Assembly: GCA_010356995.1 (NCBI GenBank)
Contig: ML996688.1
Coordinates: 1,834,579-1,898,578, forward strand
Source: Trichodelitschia bisporula
Lineage: Eukaryota
Length of the DNA: 64,000 bases
Direction: 5' to 3'
The stretch's first letter is position 1. Each line of letters begins with the position of its first letter. The translations under genes were made by a program, and so were the position numbers. The notes beneath the pieces are model-generated. The model had not been told where the DNA came from, did not search any database, and saw only the letters and a program-made list of their open reading frames with translations. Positions 48,206-61,349 of the stretch are shown here, in pieces.

Positions 48206-49534
48206 ATGTCTTCTCCTCCAACCCCCCCCCTATCATCCCTCTCCTTCCCCCCCCCCGCCCTCACCCACCAAAATACAGCCTACAACAACCACAACTCGCG
48301 CTACCACCTCGCGCCCACCTCCCCAGCACCACCCGCATCCTCAGAAACCTGGCTCTCTAAACGTCTCCCGCTCCTCACGCCCAGTCCCCCGCCTACACCA
48401 CCCTCATCCCGCCCCCAAACGCCGTACTTCCCCGTCCTCTCCGCACGGCCCGAAACCCCCCCCCCAACGCAGCGCCAGCACTCGCAAGCAAGCACCGCCT
48501 CCCGCGCCGGGCCACGGGCTAAATCAGCTTCCCGCGCGCTCTGGGGCGGGTTGTTCACGGGCACCTCCGCGCCTGTAGCCGTGGGCGTGGGGCTATCGCA
48601 AGCGCCGACGCCGGCGCCGAGGGACGAGCACCAGGCCTACACCGCGCATTCACGCACCACATCCACCGCATCCATCGCATCCTCTCGGCAGTCCTCAAGC
48701 CCAAGAGCTGAAGACGAAGCCATGGACCCGTTCACCGCGCGCCCGCACCCCACCCAGCGCTCCAGCCACACGCACACGCTCAGCGCGCCCAAGAAGCTTT
48801 CCTCATGGTTCAGCCGCCCGTCTCGTCCCGCCGCGCAGACGCAGAGACAGGAGGGCGAGGATCCGCTGCTGCGGCCTCCGATGGAGTTGTTGCTCCCGTC
48901 CGGGGAGCACGATCCCTTGGATCCGAGCGCGTATAACGATTTGTTGGCGCAGGCGGTGGGGGTGATTGTGCAGCTGCAGGAGAAGAATAGGGTGCAGGAG
49001 GGGAAGTTGAGGGATGCGCTTGCGGAGGTGGATGTGCGCGGGGAGGAGGTTGAGGAGGGGAGGGTGAGGGTGAGGTGTCTTAGGGGGCAGGTTGAGGGCT
49101 TAGGGAGGAGGGTGGAGGAGTTGGGCGGGGAGGTGGAGAGGGCGAGGGTGCGGGATGGGATGCTGAGTAAGGAGGTTGAGCGGTTGAGGAGGGGTGATGA
49201 TGGGAGCGCGCGGGAGCAGATGCGCCGGACGAGTATTCGCGTTGTGCCGTTTGAGAGCGGGATGTTGCCTGTCCGCGAAAGGCGGAAGAGGGGGAGTGAT
49301 GCGTCACTGGGCGGGGACTCGGGGATTGGAAGCGAGGCGGAGACGGATGAGGGGAGTGTTGGGAGTGGGGTTGAGGGGATGGCGGAGAGGGTTAAGATTG
49401 TGAGGGTTGAGACGGGGGAGGAGTGTGCTAGCGGTGTGAGGGCGGAGAATGCGGCGTTGCGGGCGCGGGTGAGGGAGTTGGAGGAGGTGGTTGATGGGTG
49501 TTTGGGGTTGGTTGCTGGGGTTGGGGGGCGATAA
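48206..49534 (+). CDS. hypothetical protein with Pro/Ser-rich N-terminus and coiled-coil C-terminus
   Basis: Single long ORF with a good start context (accATGt). Heptads such as ENAALRARVRELEEVVDGCL. Confidence 0.75.
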   Translation: MSSPPTPPLSSLSFPPPALTHQNTAYNNHNSRYHLAPTSPAPPASSETWLSKRLPLLTPSPPPTPPSSRPQTPYFPVLSARPETPPPTQRQHSQASTASRAGPRAKSASRALWGGLFTGTSAPVAVGVGLSQAPTPAPRDEHQAYTAHSRTTSTASIASSRQSSSPRAEDEAMDPFTARPHPTQRSSHTHTLSAPKKLSSWFSRPSRPAAQTQRQEGEDPLLRPPMELLLPSGEHDPLDPSAYNDLLAQAVGVIVQLQEKNRVQEGKLRDALAEVDVRGEEVEEGRVRVRCLRGQVEGLGRRVEELGGEVERARVRDGMLSKEVERLRRGDDGSAREQMRRTSIRVVPFESGMLPVRERRKRGSDASLGGDSGIGSEAETDEGSVGSGVEGMAERVKIVRVETGEECASGVRAENAALRARVRELEEVVDGCLGLVAGVGGR

Positions 49535-49797
49535 TGTGCGCGGTGCAATCGGCTTCTGGCTACGGTTTATGGGTTATGGGCGGGGATAGATGGTCGGGTT
49601 TTTCTTTCTAATGGCTGCAAGGCTGATGTATCATAGTACGACACTTCACGGATGGACTCGACCGGGCGGGTAGGACAGCGATACAATGTATTCGTCTTCC
49701 AAAAATAATGCAATACCACGAAGTCAGAAAATTAGCACGTCCTCCACTCCTGTTTTGACCTGCACCACCCCCTCATGCCTTCCGTCACGACCACCAT

Positions 49798-50364
49798 CTA
49801 CGAGAACGCAGCAATGCCCTTTTCGAGCGCATCACCCACATCCTTCGTCGCACTGGCAACAAGGCTCTGCACCGCCGCCGGCAACTTCCCCTGAATCGCC
49901 TTGACCAGCGCATCGGACTTCGCCTTCTGCCTCGTCAACGACCCCTTAACATCCGCCTTGAACCCCGCCTTCTCAATGATCGGCTTCTTCGCGATCAACG
50001 CATTAATCACATCCTTCGTCGCCGTCACCAGCTTCCCGCTCGGGCCCTGCAGCTGCAGCGCGCCAGTCAGGGGGATCGCTTGAGCGGCAGTCGTGTCCTT
50101 GGCCGCCTTGTCGAGCGCGTCTTCGATAGCCTTGCTCTTTGCGTCGAGCGCGGCCTTCGCCGTGGCGGCCGGCGAGGACTCGGTGATGCCGGCGAGGGCG
50201 GATTGCAGGTCCTGCAGCTTGGCCGTCACGTCGCCGAGGGCCGCGAGGACGGGCGCAACTTGCTGCAGGCCATTGTCGATCTCGGTGATCTCGGTGATGG
50301 CCTGGCTGGGGGCGGCCCAGGCGGCGCCGAGGAGGGCGAAGGTGATCAGGCTGGAGAAGTGCAT
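49798..50364 (-). CDS. secreted HsbA / cell-wall mannoprotein-1-like helical protein
   Basis: Signal peptide MHFSSLITFALLGAAWAAP, Ala-rich amphipathic helices, INALIAKKP, C-terminal KGIAAFS. TATAAG on the minus strand near 50509-50514. Confidence 0.85.
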   Translation of the reverse strand: MHFSSLITFALLGAAWAAPSQAITEITEIDNGLQQVAPVLAALGDVTAKLQDLQSALAGITESSPAATAKAALDAKSKAIEDALDKAAKDTTAAQAIPLTGALQLQGPSGKLVTATKDVINALIAKKPIIEKAGFKADVKGSLTRQKAKSDALVKAIQGKLPAAVQSLVASATKDVGDALEKGIAAFS

Positions 50365-52769
50365 TGTGCCGGTCTGGTCCCGTTAGCCTTATTTTCCGTC
50401 CCGGTCCAGAGCATACTCACAGTAGTCTAGCGATGCGATTTAAAGTGACGTCAAAAAGGAGCGAATTCGGTTGCTTCACCACCACCACCCTCGCGCCCAC
50501 CGGCCGCTCTTATACCCACAGCAACCCCATCACATGCCCCCATCTCGGGCACTAAACCCGCATCGCTAACAGGCATGAAGCCCGCATCGTCAACGTCGCC
50601 AAGCCAATATCCATCGCCACCATCCGCCCCGTGCGCACGCACCGCAACCCATATCGCGACCCGCCCACGTTTCGGGTAAACGCCGAGCCAGACGCATCAA
50701 CCCACGCACCATGCCGAAGGCCCACGCTTGGCCCTGAAAAGCGTCAATGCCTCTCGGCCGAACCTGCTAGTCGCCGCGAAAAGACGTCACGAAACGGCTG
50801 CGCCTGGATCAGCTGTTCTTCCCCGCATATCACACATCATATCCTCTGCCGCCACCATCTGTCTGTTCATGCCGAATGTATCCACCGGATATATCTACAC
50901 ATGCTCCAGTGTCCGCGGCCGTCGGCTCAGCAGACACATGTGCTGGTCGAGCCGCAGCCGGGTAAATAGGGCAATATGCGATATGCAGCGGCCCGTGCGT
51001 TACGATGCCGGTAGGTGGGCAGCCACGCTGCGGCCACGCTGCGGGAGCCGGCCGTTCCTGGGGTGTGGGCGCCAGCTGGTCGGTGGACGGGACGACCGGG
51101 GGGACGGGTAGGGGGCTGTTTTGAGCGGGAGGGGTCGGGGTGTTGATTTGTTCCGCAGCGGGGGAGGGGTGGGGGAGGATTGCGTGCATATTCAGGACGG
51201 GTGCAGCTGGTCTGAGCGATATGGAGATTCATTTCGCCGTGGAGGGAAAGCTGCAAGCTCGTGATATCTCGTCAACGCGCTGTCAGTGTTGAGAGAAGGG
51301 CCGAGGGCGGAGTGAGGGCAGGGTGATATTACGTCGTTGCTGCGATGCTGTCAATAGCACGCCACATGTAGCAAGAAGCAGGGGATATTGGTCGGATGGT
51401 ACTTCACATGTCGACTTCGCTTAAGCGCAACGTCCGAGCTGCAATAAGCATTTCCCTTGGGATGGCTTATTGTTCTTACACGATGCACGTATATCATCGA
51501 AGCACAGTCGTCATGGTGGCCTGAAAACTTATCTGTCAGTTTTAGCGACAGTTCATCCGATTACCGAGTCCGGTCGCTGTCCCGTCGAACCGCATCTGGC
51601 CTCAACGAAGGATCGAGATGCACCTCGACTAACTGGTGTCCAAGCGCCGGTAACTATCGAGCGTCAATATGGTCGGCAGAAGCCGCCGAGCGCAAATGTC
51701 ACCATCAACCTCACCATTAATCAATGTCCAACCGAATCCCATCGCTTCCGCTATTGATGAAGTCCAAAGTGCCGCCTATAATAGGCGAAATGTCGTCAAG
51801 ACCATCTCCGATTTACTGGAAATTAGACAGAACCGCGGAACAAGGGCGCAAGTTCGCCCTCAACAACATCGCTGAGCTCATGTCCGCACCCCCGCACTAT
51901 CTCGGTGGAAATTCTGTATGCCCTACACTTGCTGTAGTCCACCGTATCGATGATATTCCCACTGATCTCCAGCGCCTCGCGATATCAGACGCGTACGAGT
52001 TGGAGAGCAGCACGCGTGCGGCGTGGGCATCGACAAGTTCAGTCAGAAATTGGCTCCATGTCTTGCTACCCCGGGAGCACCTGCGCTCAATTGTCTTTAC
52101 GGAGTCCTGGAAGCCGTGGAGCTCAACATGAGAGGCCAGTGCATCGTCCAGCTTGGTGTCAACGCGGCCCTGCTAGAGGCCTTGGGAAGCTGGTGCGGTG
52201 CTTCGTGCAATCGAGAATCCGTTAGGTATAGACATTGATGGTGCGAATCCTGACCAATTCCTCGCGCAAGATGAATCTTGCTGAATATTGACGCGGAGTT
52301 GCCATCGGCTGAGTTGTCATCTCGGCGGCGTTTTGGCATAGGCTCGCGGGTATCTGAGTTGCGGCGGTGTCCCAATTGCCTCAACCATTTGGATTCTGAT
52401 AGAGTAATAGGCAAAAGTAGCCAAAGAGAGGGGGTGAGAAAAGCTGCTTGTCGATATCGTGCAAAGGGTGAAAGTGAGTGAAGTCCATGAAGTAAAGTTG
52501 TCGTCAGGTTTCAACGACATCGGGAGATGAGGTCAAGGGCAATCTGAAAAAGTCGTCCCAGTTACCTGATAGTCTCTGCCTCTCACTCTGCGAAATGCTG
52601 CGTAATGTGCGGACAGAACTCTCTGCGAAACGGCTTGGATTATTTCTGGGTGGCGCTTGCGCCCTGGACCTCCGGGCGGTGTGGCGGGGCAATATCCTGT
52701 CAAACTCCGCTCCGCAACCTCGCCCACCAGCGCCGTCGACAATTATCCCCCGATCCATCACCACCCACC

Positions 52770-53183
52770 ATGGCCGTCCCACGTTCGCGGATATTGGACC
52801 TCATGCGGGTAAGCTCGCTTCCTCCAGCGCCATCAACACTAACCCCCAGGCCCAATGCCGCATCTTCAACACAACCTTCAACCCCACAGGCCAACGCCAG
52901 GGCGGCAAAGTCCTACGGCAACGCCTCCGCGGCCCCGCCATCGTGGACTACTACCCACCGCGCGTGCGCGTAGTCCAGGAGCTGAAGCGCGCGTATCCGA
53001 CATGGGAGTTTGAGGATGAGGAGGAAGACGATCGGTTGGAGAGTATTAAGATGCGGAAGCAGAGGGGCAAGGGCGCGCCGAAGAAGCGGACTGCGGCTGG
53101 TAGGTTGATTCATGTGCGGGTTTGGGGTGGAACTGATGAGGGCAGAGTCGAAGCAGCTTACGAAGCGGAGACCGAAGAACTAG
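52770..53183 (+). CDS. RSM27: mitochondrial small-subunit ribosomal protein Rsm27/mS33 (2 introns)
   Basis: MAVPRSRILDL...CRIFNTTFNP...G.KVLRQRLRGP...YYP...RKQRGKGAPKK. Introns 52809-52848 and 53100-53145. Confidence 0.92.
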
Positions 53184-53756
53184 GGCGAGGTGGAGCGGAT
53201 GGGGGAGTGGGGAGGTGTATGAGTACTTTTGCGCTGCTTGTAGAGGGGAAAGGCGGCTTGTTGCTGCGGTTTATGAATATACGCAACGCCCTCTTCATAC
53301 GAAAGCCTTTGGTACTGTTGCTGTGTGCATGTGCCTGCCGCGATATCCTCTTCGCAGCGGCTAATATTCACTCCAAGGGGCCAGATCTCACCTTACTGAT
53401 GAGCTACAAGCTAACTCCGGGGCGGCCAGACGTGGGCCATCTCACATATCATGAAATGGCGAGATCTTACGATCTGGAGCTTCATACAGTCCCTTATCCT
53501 CTCACAACGCGCTCTATTATGACGACGCTGACGCTAAACAAGGACGGCCGAAAACTCTACTCATTGGAGCTAGGCAGACCAAGCGGAACCTGAAGGGCTC
53601 AGCGGAAGGCGGATGCACATAGGCAAAGCCTTAAATACAACGTGCCTTCAGATTTTCGGGAACGATCCGCACTTTGAACACATGCGAAAGCATATACTGA
53701 CACCGGGGAAAGGTCGGGGGAGAAGGACTTGCAAGCTCTCTACCTACAAGCAGTCG

Positions 53757-53860
53757 GGGTATCATGAACGTCAATGGAATAGGAAGTACGAGCCAGGGTA
53801 TCTTGAACGCGGATGGAAACAGAAAGCATACGCGCCGGGGTATCTTGAACGCGGATGAAG
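53757..53860 (+). repeat. three ~40-bp-period degenerate direct repeats
   Basis: gggtatc(a/t)tgaacg..atg at ~53757, 53797 and 53838. Confidence 0.8.
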
Positions 53861-54063
53861 CAGAAAACAAGCAAACAAACAGACATGAGAATCAATGCCA
53901 CTCGTCTCCGAGAAGCTTCCGGGACCACCGACGACAAAGAAGATGCGACCTTCCACCATATAACTCCCAGGAACTCCATGAAAACCTAGTTGATAAAGCC
54001 CCCGAAACCCAGGTACAACACGCATCGTAAGCCCGTCTCATCGGCATGCCATGCATCTCCCCA

Positions 54064-55750
54064 TTAAGTTGGGACTTGAAGAGGAGCAAACTTCCTCGGC
54101 GCAGTCTGGCAGTCAATCTTCGTCTCGCGGATGAAATCAGGCAGCAGAAATCCACCCTGGATAGCGCCACCGGCTGTCTTGCGCTTGAAGAACCGACAAA
54201 GACGTGTCTTGAGCGTCCGAGGCTCCGACTCCCGTTTGTGGATGGTACCAGTCACGTAGTTCTTGAAAAGCACAGCGTACGTGAAGGCAGTCCCCTCCTG
54301 GCTGCAACAAAGGACGGAAGGCGAGTTGTCTTCACAGCCCCGCGGCGAGTCCTCGGTGCGCCACAGGAGGGACGCGGACTGGATATGCGTTTCGCGGTCC
54401 CAGATGTAGCAGGTACCCTCTGCGATTGCCTGCTCGGGTTTGTCGAAGGAACGCATCTCGGGGTGGACGTTCATGTTGGCTAGGAAACAGGGTGCGCCAT
54501 CCAGTACCGTGCTGTAATTCGGGGCCCAGGGGCGGAGGCTGGTTATGGCGCCAGTTGGTAGGTACAACTTGGGGAGATCGTCGCCTTTGACGACGGAGAT
54601 GTCGTGTTCATAACTGAACGGGAAGGGGCGGAGAAGGTTGAGGTTCTTGTCAAAGGTCTCGTCGATGCGCCCCATCTTGACCGAAGGCTTTCCGATGTTG
54701 ATATTTATTTTAGGTTTCCCGGCGCCCCCGGCAACGTCGACCCGCTTTCCACCTTTGCAGCGAATGTCCACTTTCTTGCCGACCGAACTGGTAGGCGGAC
54801 CTTGAGGAAGATCGCGGTTTGCAATCTTGGAAAACTTTTTCTTGAGACGATTCATGTGGTCAATAACGGCGCGATGGAGTGTATCCTTTTCGCCGGCGGT
54901 CTTTGCATAGGCATGGGAGGGCACCGTGATAAGCTTTGTCTCCTTGCCATTCGGATCCTCAGAGTAGTCATTGTAACTGAGGCGAAGTCCGACGGCGGCA
55001 GGCGAATTGGCCTTATGCGGCGCAGGCTTGAAATCGGCGACGCTATATCTCACGCGCAACTGCCCGATGAAGGGGCACACCCCGCGGTTGTTGACTTCTC
55101 GAAAGAGGACTTTCTTGCTGGAGTAAAGGATGACAACGTACCCGGAGATGTAGACCTGTGCGCCAACGGCGGCCGGGAACGTGTCGCGAATGATTTCGAG
55201 ATCTTCGTGGCCGAAGAACCGGCGAGGGTTCAGCGGGCCGGAAAGTGGATCTTCGATGGGCTCAATATCATGCAGGGGGAAGTAAAAGGGCGAGTCCGTT
55301 ACGAGATGACTGCCTGGAATGATATGGACGTCCGTTCCAGCGACCTTCAAAGCGCATGGCTCATCTGACTCGTCAACGGCCCAGAACCTACGGGAACCGG
55401 AGCGCTCTGTGATGATGTAGACTTTGTTGCGGAAGGCGAGGGATGGATGGTGGGTGCGGAGGAGCGCTTCGTTGTTGTGGATTAGATGTCTTTCTGTGTT
55501 GGCGCGGATGGCGGCAACATCGGGTGGGCCCCACTGTTTCGACTTGGAGCCTGACTGGTCAGTGAGTGTATGGCAAAGTAGAGGTCGACTTACGAGGCAC
55601 CTCACGGACGGTATAGGGTCCGTCGGGCTGGCCGTTGAGGAAAGATGGCCGGTAGTCGACGTCGGCCAGAGGGATTGAGAGAATGTTGTATTGCCTCGGG
55701 TTGGACCCGATCGTGAAGTCCGAGTACTTTCTCTTCGTGCTTCGCTTCAT
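54064..55750 (-). CDS. hypothetical protein with a possible divergent trypsin-like C-terminal domain (intron 55551-55593)
   Basis: ATG at 55750 (MKRSTKRK). The intron joins exon 1 in frame to the 513-aa ORF. ITVPSH / HDISV / NSPSVL occur in H-D-S order. Confidence 0.75.
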
Positions 55751-56944
55751 AGTGGCGGTGTTTGTAGATTGGGTGCTGGGTGGACAGCTGTGTTGGCGGA
55801 CTGTACAAACAGATTTTGGAGTTTCGTGAGGAGTAAAGGGGATGGATGTTTGGGGGAGGAATGGTGGGAGAGTGAGTATATAGTTCATGACGACCGTATT
55901 GTGCGCGAAAGGCTGTCAAGCCATTATAAGTGTAATGCGGGTTTCTTGGCTGTCAAAATGTACAGTGATATGTCTGATGCTGGATATCAGACGGGATCAC
56001 CGACCCCCGAAGGGGCAGGACCCATGCCACGTATTTTGCGGCACATCTGTCAAATGTCAACGAGTCTCATGGCACTGCTAGAGCTAGGGTACCTTATAAA
56101 GCCCGATCATCTAGGGATGCTATCAGCTGTACCTCCACAATTGCAGCATATAAGCCCCCACCCTCATCACCTTCAACTTCTCCACGGCCGAACCACCAGT
56201 TCCCAACGGCTCCTCATGCCTTTCATAATCGGCCTCTTCCCCGCGCGGGAGTGAAGGGATGAAGGACAGCCGCGAACATCATCATTATTCTCTGTTTAAC
56301 CGTTTCAGCAGTGTAGACTTGTTGTATAAGTATATCATTGTACTCCATGTCTGGAGAGGGGCAGTCTCGGAGACGCTCAACACCGGTCGGAGGAAGGTAT
56401 TGTCATGACGTTAGTCTTCCGAGTACTGTCAAAATATAAACAAGGCAAACGAGGGCATCGCCAATGGAACGAAAGCACCATACGCAGTATATATGATAGA
56501 GGTCTTTGAGTGTAGGTAACAAGAGGAGGAGAGCGTTTAAGCGTCCGCCCGTCCGACTCTTGAGATCAAAAACAGTGCATGTAGGCCACAGCCGAGTCAC
56601 AACTAAAAGATGTGCTGTAAAAATTGTCTCGTGAATGCGATCACCCCGAGTTCACCACATCCTCTGAAGGTGAAGACGGAAGCTGTCAAGAAGGCTGACG
56701 TCGGACCTAAGTCGAGATAGTTCGAGGCCCGTGCTCAGCCAAGCCGCCAAAGTCCGAGAGAAGTCCAGGGCTGGGGCGACGACGCAACCGGGGCCGCTCA
56801 CCTCCGACCACCCCCCAAACCACAACCTCATCCCCGCAAACCCCCCTCTATCGCCTCTCACCAAGCTCTGCGCACTCTCACCACCACCGCCTATTCCTCA
56901 CCACTTAGCACAGTTCCCCGCGCAGCGACGCGCCTACCGCCACC

Positions 56945-57354
56945 ATGAAGCCCGTTGTTTCTGCTATGAATGCTTGGAGCTGGTAAGCTCCTTATGGAAG
57001 CCTGGGAGCTCGGGCTAATAAGCGCAGCATTGTCGTGTCGGTCTTTGCGATCATCATTCTTTCCACTATCGGCACTATGTTCAAGGTAGACCAACCTCCG
57101 CGGCGCGCATGCTGGATCTGGGCTGACGGGACAGAACAACAATCACATCATGATGGGTAAAGCAGAGGACCCGAAGGATGGCAAGGCCGTTGGTGCTGCC
57201 GTATTCGGCGCTGTGGCCGTGTACCTGGTGCGTCTCATCTGCTGTTACTGCTGGCTACATGGCACTGACAATCTAGGGTTTCCTCGTCTTCTGCGCCAGT
57301 CAAGCATGGCTGCACGTGCGGGAGAGCCGGCGGGGCGCGATAGCACTTTCATAA
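56945..57354 (+). CDS. V-ATPase subunit f / RNase kappa-like two-TM small protein (3 introns)
   Basis: Spliced MKPVVSAMNAWSCIVVSVFAIIILSTIG...MMGKAEDPKDGKAVGAAVFGAVAVYLGFLVFCASQAWLH..RGAIALS*. Confidence 0.85.
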
Positions 57355-57586
57355 GCACATGGGCGGTTGACACTGGCGTTTTGGGGGTGTTTGATCATTG
57401 GTTCAGTGGGTACATAATGCTTCCGACATCCTGAATGCAATGGCTCCTTTGGCCGTCTACAACTGGGCCTCTACCGATTTGCTTTTGCCGCTTCTTGTTC
57501 GGCTCTGCTGTTCCTATTTCGCCACTCCGCCGATGCCCGCCTATGCCATTTTCCCAGCCAAAACGCCGCAAATAGAAACCGTTAAA

Positions 57587-59462
57587 TCACTGATCATCGC
57601 TAGATGCTCCATCGTCATCCAGATCCTTACTCATGTATGGACCGTCCAAGTGGTATCCCAGGCGCGCATAATACGACCGTACACCCACGCCACTGATAAC
57701 GGAGATCTTCTTGCTCCCGTGTTCGAACCGCGCGATGCGCTCCGCTTCCTCCATCAGCAGCGTCCCGAAGCCCTGGTGCTGGAACTTGCGGGGGTCGCGC
57801 GCGTGCACTGGCACAGCGCTGCCGTAGACATGCAGCTCGCGCACCAGACTAGTCGGCTGGCCCTTCAGCTCTGGACGGAATGTGTGGGTATCGCTGCACT
57901 TGCGCAGGCGTAGCAGCGCAATCAGAATGTCTTGCTTCGGGTCCTCGTACGCCAGGAACGTCTCCCACCCGCCGTTGGCAGCGTAGTCACGGCGCACGAG
58001 CTCAACCTGCGACGGCCGGATCTTATGCTTAACCTCGTTAATACCAACCTCCCGAGTGCGTACGTCGCGGCATGTGGTCCCGAAGTCCTTCATGCGCGCT
58101 AGCGCCAGCTCCCGCAGGTTACCGTTCTCTACGCCTGCCGTCACCAAGGGCATAGGGATGTCGCGCTGCACGCGGTAGATACGCGTCCATGGCGGGACGA
58201 GCGCGAGGATGCGTGCAACAATGTCAATGAGCTCATTGGGCGTGTAGTTCTTGTACCGCCCCGTCCGCCAGAGCTCGTACAGGCCGGTGCCGCGGATGAC
58301 GAGCGTGGGGTAAATCTTAAGGCCGTCGGTACGGAAGGCAGGATTCTCAAAATACTCGCGGAACTGGTCGAGGTCGCGCTCCATGCCGACGTTGGGCAAG
58401 TCCGGCATCATATGCGAGACTACCTTGAAGCCGGCGTCCTTTGCGAGGCGGAAGGTCTCGGCAACGGCGGCGACAGTGTGGCCACGGTTCGTGTCCCGCG
58501 CGACGTCCTCGTAGAGCGACTGCACACCGATCTCAAGGCGCGTACAGCCGTAGCGCAGCATGGCTGAGAGGTGTGAGTCGAGGCAGTAGTCGGGACGTGT
58601 CTCGATGGTGATGCCGACACACTTGATGGCCGACATCTCCCCCGCGGCGACCGCCTCATCGACGTCCTTCGTGCTGTAGCCACTGAGCGCGTTGTGCAGC
58701 TGTGCGATGAAGCCGTCGCGGTATGACGCAGGCAGCGACATGAAGGTACCACCCATGATGATGTACTCAACCTTGTCGACGCTGTGTCCGAGCGCCTTGA
58801 TCTGGTCGACGCGGCCACGCGCCTGTTCGTAGGGGTCGTAACGTGCTCGAATGGCGCGCATCGATGTCGGCTCGTACCCGGTATAGGACTGTGTCGAATA
58901 CTCGAAGTCGGAGTCCGGGCCGCCAGGGCAGTAGACACATATGTTGCCGGTATAGGCGATGTGGGGGCAACGATGAGGCTTGCACATGACGGCGACGACG
59001 GCAATGCCGGATGATGTTCCTGAGAGCTCATGAGTATTTGGTGAAGAGGTCAAGGATGAACTACAGAAGCGGAGGGCTGGGATGGCAGAGGCGAAAGGCA
59101 AGGATACGACGCACAACTGGAGCGGGCAACGGAGAGTGGAGAGGCGTACTTATGGGCTTCGCTATCAATTTGGGCAGAATGTACTTCTTGTAGTGTTCCG
59201 GCACCGCCGCGATGATGGCCACGAGCGGCGGCTGCTGGCTGAGATAGTGCTTTTTGGCCATTTGGCCGCGCAGAGCGTTGAGGTTGAGGTCCTTTTTCGG
59301 CGCCTTATTATCCAGCTGCGACTCATGATCCTCGATCAAAGCGTTCACGATGTCGGCGCAGCAGCGCATGTAGCGCTCGTTTTCTGGAGGGAGCTTGACA
59401 TTTTTGGGCAGTCTGCGGGGTCGAGTCTCTGTGGCCGTAGAGGTGGCCGTAGAGGTGGTCAT
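57587..59462 (-). CDS. ELP3: Elongator complex catalytic subunit Elp3 (radical SAM + KAT; intron ~59020-59149)
   Basis: [52 protein letters not shown]. Confidence 0.97.
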
Positions 59463-59807
59463 AGTGGGGGTAGTCGTTTGCGTGAGAACGGGCTCAGTAG
59501 GTTTGGAGTACAGTTGACTACGGTTGACTGAGTGTAGAATGACTGTGACGTAGATATCTCGAAAAACTGGCTCTATAAGTGGCGATATCAGAAGTTGTTG
59601 TCTCGTCTTGACCGTCGGAAGAAAAGCCGCCCACATGTCCCACACGTGGGGCATAATGGGGTTGCCAAGCCACGGCTTCCTTCACCCTCCCCGGCTTGTC
59701 CTTGCGGCGTTTGGCTATTCGCATCCGCCCAGGACAACAACATCAAGAACCTCCCCTCACCTTTCCTCAATTCCGCACACCCCTACCCATTGAGCCTGTC
59801 CCTTACA

Positions 59808-61115
<1,308 letters not shown>

Positions 61116-61349
61116 GCGATGATACCACTACCAATGGGAGAGCGCGCGTCTTGATATAGCCATTGCATACGATTGAGTGATTATAACGGGTAATCGCAAT
61201 ATTTGATGTCGTCTTGCACGATTGATTATTTGAGGAGCGCTGAAGTCATGTGACCTGCCTGCCGCCCCAAGCTGCGGAGAGCTTCCCTCGACTCGGACTT
61301 GTGACAGGACCTCCGTCGCGCTGCATCCAACTCGTGCCACACCGCAGCA

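Noticed and set aside
51724..52238. Short ORF fragments resembling a decayed gene
   Set aside because: No identifiable family; insufficient evidence.
52595..53593. 332-aa ORF containing part of RSM27
   Set aside because: Read-through of upstream, intron and 3' UTR sequence. The real gene is the spliced 52770-53183.
53757..53860. CRISPR-like repeat-spacer array
   Set aside because: Eukaryotic context, only three degenerate units, spacers similar to each other, and no cas genes.
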